64,000 nucleotides of DNA, taken from a virus. This document shows positions 29,649 to 36,352 of this stretch, one piece after another. How positions within the stretch are numbered: the first letter of the stretch is position 1; every line of letters begins with the position of its first letter. The position numbers were made by a program, and so were the translations under genes. The notes beneath the pieces were generated by a model. That model was not told where the DNA came from. It saw only the letters and a list, made by a program, of their open reading frames with translations, and did no database searches. The stretch is from positions 32,001 through 96,000 of the IMG/VR virus record IMGVR_UViG_3300036828_000667; one strand, 5' to 3'.

Positions 29649-30176
29649 ATGGCAAAACACAATGAAGAAAATGATCTATGGTTCCTTAGCAAAATCGCAG
29701 ATGGAACCATTTCTGTATCCGAAGACGGAGAGGTCTTCAACAACAAGACAGGTAGATATATAGGCGCTCAACAAGGAGCAGGTTACCTTAAGATTTCTAT
29801 GGCAAAGAGAGTTGATGGAAAACTTGTTATTGTCCATATGCAAATCCATAGGTTAGTATGGCTACATTTCAAAGGACCTATTCCTCAGGGACTAGAAGTC
29901 AATCACAAAGATTTAAACAAATCGAACCCACGATTGTCAAATCTAGATTTACAAACACCCAAAGGGAATGCTGAACATGCCACCTTAAATGGTGTTGACC
30001 GACGCTCAAAAACAGGAGGCCATAAAAACGCTAATGCCAAATTTACACGTGAACAAGTCGAGATGCTACGGAGACAATTCAAATCGAAAGAAACCACAGT
30101 TAAAGAAATAATGATAAACTATAGTGTTTCTAAGCCAGTTGTGTATTGGATGCTGGAAGGAAGGACCTATAAATAG
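29649..30176 (+). CDS. HNH endonuclease
   Basis: 'IHRLVW.HF.GPIP.GLEVNHKDLNKSN..LSNL...T..GN..HA'. Confidence 0.85.
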   Translation: MAKHNEENDLWFLSKIADGTISVSEDGEVFNNKTGRYIGAQQGAGYLKISMAKRVDGKLVIVHMQIHRLVWLHFKGPIPQGLEVNHKDLNKSNPRLSNLDLQTPKGNAEHATLNGVDRRSKTGGHKNANAKFTREQVEMLRRQFKSKETTVKEIMINYSVSKPVVYWMLEGRTYK

Positions 30177-30201
30177 CTACTAACCTGTAGGATTTATAAC
30201 A

Positions 30202-30531
30202 ATGGTAGAATTTGGAGCGTTCATTCGCAAAGAACGAGAGGCCAGAGATATTAGCTTACGAAAGATGGCCAAGAAGATTGGTGTAAGTGCAACCTATCTA
30301 TCACAAGTGGAACTTGATAGGTTCCCACCACCAACTGAGGATAGGGTAAAGGCTATTGCCAAGATCATTGACTGTAATCCTGACTACCTACTGGCCAAAG
30401 CTGGACGGATCTCGACCGACATTTCCGACATCATTAAACGTCGTCCGATCGAGCTTTCGATGCTTATTCGAGCCGCCAAGTACTTGAGTAACGATGACAT
30501 TGCCCAATTGATTAATGCGGCGTCAGCGTAG
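30202..30531 (+). CDS. XRE-family HTH transcriptional regulator
   Basis: 'FGAFIRKERE...SLRKMAKKIGVSATYLSQVE..R..PP'. Confidence 0.85.
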   Translation: MVEFGAFIRKEREARDISLRKMAKKIGVSATYLSQVELDRFPPPTEDRVKAIAKIIDCNPDYLLAKAGRISTDISDIIKRRPIELSMLIRAAKYLSNDDIAQLINAASA

Positions 30532-30811
30532 GAGCCTCACTGGTAAGTCTTTTAGGCCTGGAGGCCCTACCACCTGGCCTGTCCATAATTCGCGTCAGTG
30601 GGCTTCCAACAAAGAGGAGAGGGTAATGCGTTGCGATCGGTGTCAGGGAACAGGCTGGGATCGGGCAGGAGTACACCCTGTACTTGGGCCGCTCTTCGAT
30701 TGCAACCATCCGTGTACTGAATGCGGCGGGTCAGGCATCGCCCACTGTTGCGACGGCATCTGCGAACAGCCTTCAATTGACAAGTCTATAGATGACAAGC
30801 TAACATCTTGA

Positions 30812-30884
30812 CGCCTACCGTACCACTCCGACGCCAACCACACCGAGCCGGTCCATACCTTTCCAAACCAAACCACACTTTTTT
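30812..30884 (+). ncRNA. Pentamer-code unit, stand-alone
   Basis: CGCCT ACCGT ACCAC TCCGA CGCCA ACCAC ACCGA GCCGG TCCAT ACCTT TCCAA ACCAA ACCAC ACTTT TTT; TTGACA(30777)-N18-TAACAT(30801). Confidence 0.8.
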
Positions 30885-31409
30885 ATTACTACTAGATATT
30901 CAGGAAAGGCGAACATGAGAGGTTAGGTTAAACTAACTTCGTTCTTCCTTTAGCTCAGCTACAAACTTCTTAATCAGAGTTGTTAAGGTTGGAGTGTGCT
31001 TAGCTGGAAAGTTACCAGCAAGTACCTTGGCAATAGCATACCGAATTACCTTAAACTCTTCCTCAGTTAGCTCCAACGTTATCACTAGGCACCTCGCCTT
31101 TCTTTATCACGCTAACCTTACTATCATCGATCTTCAGAGTAAACCTCTTATTATCCACAACTTCTCGCCATCTATTTTCCTCAATATAAGCACAGGCTTT
31201 AAGGTAGTCCGTCAAACAAAAAACATGAGTATGTATCTGTGACCAACACGGATGCTCACGGCATAAGTGTTCAATCTTGGCGGCTAACTCCCTGAGTGGT
31301 GATTGCATACCCAACCTCCCTTTTGTGTGACCATAAAGTTACACTTAAATTGAATCTGATTCTGGGAATTGACCTGCCAAGGCTGATAGGCGAAAACTCA
31401 TATTGCAAG

Positions 31410-31479
31410 GTCGAACCGCTGCCTTGCTTGCCAAACCGGGCCAAGCCGGCGCGGACCAAACCTCCGCACACCGCACAAT
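31410..31479 (+). ncRNA. Pentamer-code unit in the leader of the Cas7-like gene
   Basis: GTCGA ACCGC TGCCT TGCTT GCCAA ACCGG GCCAA GCCGG CGCGG ACCAA ACCTC CGCAC ACCGC ACAAT; followed by a 13-bp hairpin at 31477-31514. Confidence 0.8.
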
Positions 31480-31533
31480 GGGAGTAGTCAAATGGCTTGC
31501 AGACTACTCCCATTAACACAGGAGTAAAACAAC

Positions 31534-32175
31534 ATGCTAATTTCAGTCACGATCTCCGGAATCCGACCTTTAATCCTCGACGCGTTTTCCGAGGAAGCGT
31601 TGCTTAAGGGGAAGGGAGGAAAGAGTACAGCCCAGCCCAAGGAACTGAGTCCCTTGGATCAAGCCAAGCGTAGGTTATACTATAATGGAGATGGTACCGA
31701 CGTTCCTATATTCCCAGCAGACAACCTACTCAGCTGTATCATCGCTGCCGGGCGGTTTATCAAGGTCGGGAAAAGGCAACTAACTACTCGCGACAGTACG
31801 ACAGTAACTTCATTCCTACAGATATCAGAACTATATCTTCCCATTAGGTCGATAGATGGATGGCGAGTCGACTCCAGGAGCATCGTCAACCCGTCTACAA
31901 AAGGTCGTCACATATGCTACCGTCCCATCTTTGACGACTGGGAGTTAGATTTCACGCTCGACATCGATACGAATGAAGCGAGCGACAGCTTGGTTAGACA
32001 GTTGATTGATAGAGCAGGTAGGTTTATCGGGATCGGGGTCATGCGGCCCGAAAGGAAGCGGCAGTATGGGCAATACGTGGTGCGCTGCTGGGATTGCCGT
32101 TCAGAACATGAAGAGCTTGACAACATACCAAAACTTGCTAAGAAAACTAAGACTAGATCGAAAGAACTAGTCTAA
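31534..32175 (+). CDS. Cas7/RAMP-like putative RNA-guided effector protein
   Basis: Beta1 'ISVTISGIRPLIL'; 'PIFPADNLLSCIIAAG' (RAMP P.IP...LK motif); 'RPIFDDWELDFTL'; C-terminal Gly-rich loop 'GIGVMRPERKRQYGQY'; GGAG RBS; flanked by pentamer units. Confidence 0.7.
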   Translation: MLISVTISGIRPLILDAFSEEALLKGKGGKSTAQPKELSPLDQAKRRLYYNGDGTDVPIFPADNLLSCIIAAGRFIKVGKRQLTTRDSTTVTSFLQISELYLPIRSIDGWRVDSRSIVNPSTKGRHICYRPIFDDWELDFTLDIDTNEASDSLVRQLIDRAGRFIGIGVMRPERKRQYGQYVVRCWDCRSEHEELDNIPKLAKKTKTRSKELV

Positions 32176-32186
32176 CACTGGTTCAT

Positions 32187-33422
32187 CGCGGACCGTACCG
32201 GAGCGTGCCATGCCCGTCCCCGCCGAGCCCGACCAAACCAGACCCAACCTACGCGGACCCAGCCTATCCTTAGCGTAGCACACCGCACAGTTAAGGCCAA
32301 AACCAGAAGGAAGGAGATACGGAAATGAAACCACGCATCTCCTTCCTTCAAACCCAAGTTTCGAACAATCCATGCCACTGCAAACCGCGCCAGCCCTATG
32401 CCTACCACTGTGAACCGCTCCACACCATTCTTTTATCAATTATCAAGTCAACACTCCGAACCAGACCCCGCCTTACCCAACAGCACCCCACCAAACCGGA
32501 CCGACCCACTCCAATGTGCACCTCAGCAGACCGAAGCACACCATACTTTATCAATTGCCTTCCCGACCCGAGCTATGCCCAACCGACCCGACCCACTCCG
32601 GGCCGCACCCCTCCCTCCCATCCCGCAGCACACCATACTTTATTTCATTACGACTCTCCGGCCCTACGCCAACCACACCAGCCCGGAGCGTGCCATACCG
32701 CACCATACTTTTATCATTTCAATGCGCACCGTCCCTCACCGTGCCATCTCTCACCCGACCATACCATCCCTCCCCACCTCGGCCCGGACCCCGCCGATGC
32801 AAACCACACCATACTTTATCAATTTTCAGAACCATCCCGACCGTACCAGTGCGCGCCATTCCAATGCAGCCCTCGCCTCCGCATGTCAGGCCGCCCCGAC
32901 CCATGCCGCACCAAACCACACTTTCTTTATCAACTAAGGAGAACCAGCATGACCACACATCGTCCCACATTCGAAGACTGGCAGCTAGACTTCACTTTGG
33001 ATTATAATGAAACTGAAATAGATGAAGGTACTATACGTAAGCTAATCGAAGTAGTAGCTGGAACGCACATAGGACTTGGCTCTATGCGCCCAGAACGACA
33101 TGGACCCTATGGACAGTTTAAGATCAAGGAATGGACTCCACATTCTTAGTCTTATCCATCTCTGCTTACCGTAGCCCTCATCACCGCACCCGTGAGCACC
33201 GACCCATGCCTGAGCCTACCTCAGCATACCCAACCGCAGCAACCCGGTGCGAACCAAACCACACTATTTTTTATACAATTTCAACTTACCGTCCCGGCCC
33301 GAGCCAGTCCATCGTGCGCCGACCCGTCGCTCCCCATACCGCACTATACTTTATTCATTACCAACCATGCCATACCATGCCATTCCGGAACGCTGCCCTC
33401 CGGTCCACACCACACTTTCTTT
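32187..33422 (+). repeat. Array of 10 pentamer-code units (candidate guide-RNA array)
   Basis: Units at about 32187-32289, 32369-32434, 32455-32549, 32557-32641, 32657-32712, 32723-32817, 32830-32928, 33163-33272, 33283-33352 and 33364-33422; each (NCC/NGC-NN)n, most ending in an ACCAT-ACTTT-like tail plus an AT-rich linker. Confidence 0.88.
32949..33149 (+). CDS. 66-aa mini-paralog of the C-terminal third of the Cas7-like protein
   Basis: AAGGAG RBS; MTTHRPTFEDWQLDFTLDYNETEIDEGTIRKLIEVVAGTHIGLGSMRPERHGPYGQFKIKEW aligns with RPIFDDWELDFTLDIDTNEASDSLVRQLIDRAGRFIGIGVMRPERKRQYGQYVVRCW. Confidence 0.75.
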   Translation: MTTHRPTFEDWQLDFTLDYNETEIDEGTIRKLIEVVAGTHIGLGSMRPERHGPYGQFKIKEWTPHS

Positions 33423-33436
33423 AGGAGTTTAACCAG

Positions 33437-33682
33437 ATGGCAAAGGTAACTGGTATTGACGGTAAAAGCTTTATCAAAGGTCAACGTTTTGGTAAGCTAG
33501 TTGCGGTACGTCCACTAGGCTGGAGTAGTGACCGCAGCTGGTGTTGGCTATGTAAGTGTGATTGCGGCAATGAGACTATCTTAAGTGCTAACAGACTTCG
33601 AAGTGGTGAAGTTCAAGCTTGTGGATACGCTGTAACTATAAAATCAGACACAAATGAGGAACACTGTAACGGACAGATATAA
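33437..33682 (+). CDS. Truncated HNH-associated N-terminal domain
   Basis: 'GQRFGKLVAV...WLCKCDCGNE.......LRSG..QACG' with no nuclease domain. Confidence 0.55.
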   Translation: MAKVTGIDGKSFIKGQRFGKLVAVRPLGWSSDRSWCWLCKCDCGNETILSANRLRSGEVQACGYAVTIKSDTNEEHCNGQI

Positions 33683-33996
33683 TGACAAAGCCTACCATTA
33701 CTGTCAAACAGAATCCCAATGAAGGTGACGTAGCTGACTTCGTAGTTTGTCACCGTGTTTCTGTGCTACCTATCCCGTACGTGTCAGCTGAGATCCAACA
33801 TTGCTCCAGATGTAACGAAAGGATATGGGTTGCAAACACCTCTCCATCTAAGCCTCCTAAACTATGCTGGGAATGTTCAATTCCTCTAATTGCCAAAGAC
33901 GACGATACAAGAATAATGATTACCGAACGGCAACGGGCAGAGGTTCAGAAGTATATGCAACTAGTCCAGAAACTCCAGGAGAAAAATGAAAAGTGA
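33682..33996 (+). CDS. Hypothetical Zn-finger protein
   Basis: CSRC...CWEC. Confidence 0.5.
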   Translation: MTKPTITVKQNPNEGDVADFVVCHRVSVLPIPYVSAEIQHCSRCNERIWVANTSPSKPPKLCWECSIPLIAKDDDTRIMITERQRAEVQKYMQLVQKLQEKNEK

Positions 33997-34246
33997 ACGT
34001 CATAAGATGCTCGAAATAGCCATGAGGTATCTCGACAGACTATTCAACGGTAATGATAAAACAATAGAAAAAAGCACTGGAATTGTATTACTTACGTTCT
34101 CCTTTACTGACGAAGATGGTAATCATTGCGGTGATGACAATGGGACTATCATCACCAATGGCATAGAAAGGGAACACATTGTAGGCATTATGGAAGCAAT
34201 GCTAGAAAGACTGAAGGCAGACGATATACTTTTCAGACGACATTAA
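33986..34246 (+). CDS. Hypothetical protein
   Basis: Paralog of the C-terminal half of 25322-25918. Confidence 0.55.
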   Translation: MKSERHKMLEIAMRYLDRLFNGNDKTIEKSTGIVLLTFSFTDEDGNHCGDDNGTIITNGIEREHIVGIMEAMLERLKADDILFRRH

Positions 34247-34252
34247 AGACCT

Positions 34253-34771
34253 TTAAGTAGCATCATAGGCAAACTCACCAGCCAAACGTTTGGAAGCTTC
34301 CTCATACGCCTGAACCGCCTCTTCTACTGTGTTAAAGGTACCGATCTGAACGTCTTTATACATATGTTTTATTCTAGCCTCCCATTTTCCTGTGCTTTTC
34401 TTGTACCTTACTCCCTTAAAACCACTTGTATTATTTTTGAACATAGGACGATTGTAGCAATTCTGCTGTGTCGTCGCTGGACGAAGATTAGTCCATATAT
34501 TGTTACCTGGATTTAGATCCTTATGATCTATCTCATAATTAGGCCATTCTCCTGTCACATATAACCATATAATACGATGTACTTGATACATTCTGCCATT
34601 AACTTTTACCTGTATACGTCCTCCTTTCTTAATAGAACCCGCCGTACTTCCAATAACAATCCTCCAGTTTAACGCCTCCTTCCATGTAAGTATACCAGTT
34701 TCAGGATCATAGTTAAAAATCTGCCTAACAAACTCAGCTGTTAGACTATTGTTATAGATACGAGTCCCCAT
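34253..34771 (-). CDS. HNH-AP2 homing endonuclease
   Basis: 'VHRIIW...IDHKDLNPGNN..NLR' plus AP2 motif. Confidence 0.9.
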   Translation of the reverse strand: MGTRIYNNSLTAEFVRQIFNYDPETGILTWKEALNWRIVIGSTAGSIKKGGRIQVKVNGRMYQVHRIIWLYVTGEWPNYEIDHKDLNPGNNIWTNLRPATTQQNCYNRPMFKNNTSGFKGVRYKKSTGKWEARIKHMYKDVQIGTFNTVEEAVQAYEEASKRLAGEFAYDAT

Positions 34772-34773
34772 TT

Positions 34774-34977
34774 TTACGCTCCTGTAGTGGCAGCCTTTAC
34801 TGCCCAATGAACAGCCTCTTCATAAGCGGTTTGTGCTAAGGACGCTAACCTAGCATCTTTCGATTTCAGAGTTTCACATAGGTCGATCAACTCAGCAGAC
34901 TTTTGCTTGATCTCATCAACTATAGTATCTGCACTTGGATTAAATGCAGTCCGAACTCGTTGTTCACCGATTGTCAT
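34774..34977 (-). CDS. Acb2/Tad1-like helical-hairpin protein (putative anti-defence nucleotide sponge)
   Basis: 'RLASLAQTAYEEAVHWAVKAAT' C-terminal helix pattern; AGGAG RBS. Confidence 0.5.
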   Translation of the reverse strand: MTIGEQRVRTAFNPSADTIVDEIKQKSAELIDLCETLKSKDARLASLAQTAYEEAVHWAVKAATTGA

Positions 34978-35024
34978 AGTACTCTCCTCTTGACAAGTTC
35001 ACCTTGTTACACCTACGATGATTA

Positions 35025-35083
35025 CTCGAACCGACCCCGTCCAGGCCACTCCTCCGCCCACCGACGCAAACCGCACAATTTTA
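35025..35083 (+). ncRNA. Pentamer-code unit, stand-alone
   Basis: CTCGA ACCGA CCCCG TCCAG GCCAC TCCTC CGCCC ACCGA CGCAA ACCGC ACAAT TTT; TTGACA(34990)-N18-TACGAT(35014). Confidence 0.8.
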
Positions 35084-35372
35084 TATCCTACCATTTTCCA
35101 CTACTTAGTTGGCTAGCAATAAGTCAAGCGTATAATTCTAAGACCCTACAAGACATACAAATGGGAACGTCCTAAAACCCGCAACAGAAAGTCCCGATCA
35201 TGCTAAGCATGGGCGACAAGGTAATAAAGGACACTGGCGACTATACTTTTTCGGGTGTCGTCATCGCAGTATTCCTAAAACGCAATGGTACTGCTGTAAG
35301 GTATGTAGTAGAGAACGAAGAAGGTATCTGCCACATATTCAACGACCGCCAAATTAGAAAGGTTTAATTTAT

Positions 35373-35615
35373 GTGAAGAAGTGTGACTATGCACATCAAG
35401 AAAGGTACAGAAGAGTGACAAAGGCAGAACTGACTTGTAGCGTATGCGGCAAACGTTATGAAACTCTAGGAGACTATGGGGACGACGTTGACTGCCAAAT
35501 GATCTGTTTTCGCTGCTTCGAACAAGCTGATGCCATCTCTGCTCAGCAGAATCGCTGGCCTGATGGTCGAGACTTTCGTTACTTACGAGATATGAAAAAG
35601 CATCATCAAAAGTAG
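35373..35615 (+). CDS. Hypothetical Zn-ribbon protein
   Basis: CSVC...CFRC. Confidence 0.45.
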   Translation: MKKCDYAHQERYRRVTKAELTCSVCGKRYETLGDYGDDVDCQMICFRCFEQADAISAQQNRWPDGRDFRYLRDMKKHHQK

Positions 35616-35650
35616 ACCACACAATTACCATAATCAGATTATACAAACTA

Positions 35651-35750
35651 ACCATACCGAGCCGAGCCGTTGCCGCACCATACTTTATCAATTTGATTCC
35701 CACCACACCTCCCCGGACCTATCCAGCCCCCTGCAAACCGCACCATACTT
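35651..35750 (+). ncRNA. Two short tandem pentamer-code units (35651-35686, 35697-35750)
   Basis: Both end CCGC ACCAT ACTT; same TATCAATT linker as in the main array. Confidence 0.7.
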
Positions 35751-35766
35751 ACTTGTAATATAAATA

Positions 35767-36075
35767 TCAGTGAGTGTAGCTAGACTGACCATGCCCATCA
35801 GCATCCAATTCTTCACTAATTTCGTTGATCTCAATAGACAGCATTTTACCAAACTCACTAAAAGCTTCCGGCCTATCCTCAGTCGAGGTAGCTCCAACAA
35901 TTGCTCTAGCAACTACTTCACAAAGCACAGAACTAAGTTCCTCATAGTCAATTTGATCTCCTGGACTACCGTCCGGGTTTCCATTACGGCGATAAAAATC
36001 CGTAATGACTTCATTGAAAAAACAGCTAAGACATTCGCGTTCCCTACCGTCATCCGCTTTGATCTTATGTGCCAT
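35767..36075 (-). CDS. Hypothetical protein
   Basis: AGGAGG RBS. Confidence 0.55.
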   Translation of the reverse strand: MAHKIKADDGRERECLSCFFNEVITDFYRRNGNPDGSPGDQIDYEELSSVLCEVVARAIVGATSTEDRPEAFSEFGKMLSIEINEISEELDADGHGQSSYTH

Positions 36076-36159
36076 ATTTAAACCTCCTACCTTTCACAGA
36101 ACCGCTATACTTTATCCATAATCCACACTTAGTGATTTAGAAGTCAGCCAAGAGTTCTC

Positions 36160-36295
36160 TGCGTACCGACTCTTTCCGGACCGGACTGTACCACACTATA
36201 CCATACCTCACCTACCCATACCTCGCCTAACCACGCCTTTGCGACCCGGAGCGTGCCTCGCCTACCCAATGCGACCCTGACCACAGCACACAATT
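36160..36295 (+). ncRNA. Long pentamer-code unit (about 27 pentamers)
   Basis: TGCGT ACCGA CTCTT TCCGG ACCGG ACTGT ACCAC ACTAT ACCAT ACCTC ... ACCAC AGCAC ACAAT. Confidence 0.75.
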
Positions 36296-36312
36296 ATAGG
36301 ACTAAAAGACAT

Positions 36313-36351
36313 GAGGTGGTGACTTGTATGGTTTGGGCAAGTCACCACTTC
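36313..36351. terminator. Hairpin between the convergent unit and the terminase gene
   Basis: GAGGTGGTGACTTG...CAAGTCACCACTTC. Confidence 0.6.
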
Positions 36352-36352
36352 C

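Noticed and set aside
29624-29700. Complete tRNA gene
   Set aside because: Only the 5' acceptor and D-arm-like 21 nt are present. No anticodon arm, T-arm or 3' end was found, so it is reported as a fragment only.
32187-33422. Canonical CRISPR array
   Set aside because: There are no identical 23-47-bp direct repeats with unique spacers and no cas1/cas2. Conservation is interleaved every 5 nt instead.
32167-33449. Long Pro/His/Thr-rich ORFs over the array (32325-33149 full length, 32398-32937, 32516-33007, 33131-33424, 33192-33449 and antisense ORFs)
   Set aside because: The C-rich period-5 repeats are poor in stop codons, so several frames stay open. Period 5 is not codon-compatible. Only the RBS-preceded part 32949-33149 looks real.
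32198-36257. Shared block CCGGAGCGTGCC in three units (32198, 32683, 36246) as proof of inter-unit recombination
   Set aside because: With several hundred constrained pentamers, a match of this length may arise by chance. It needs a shuffling test.
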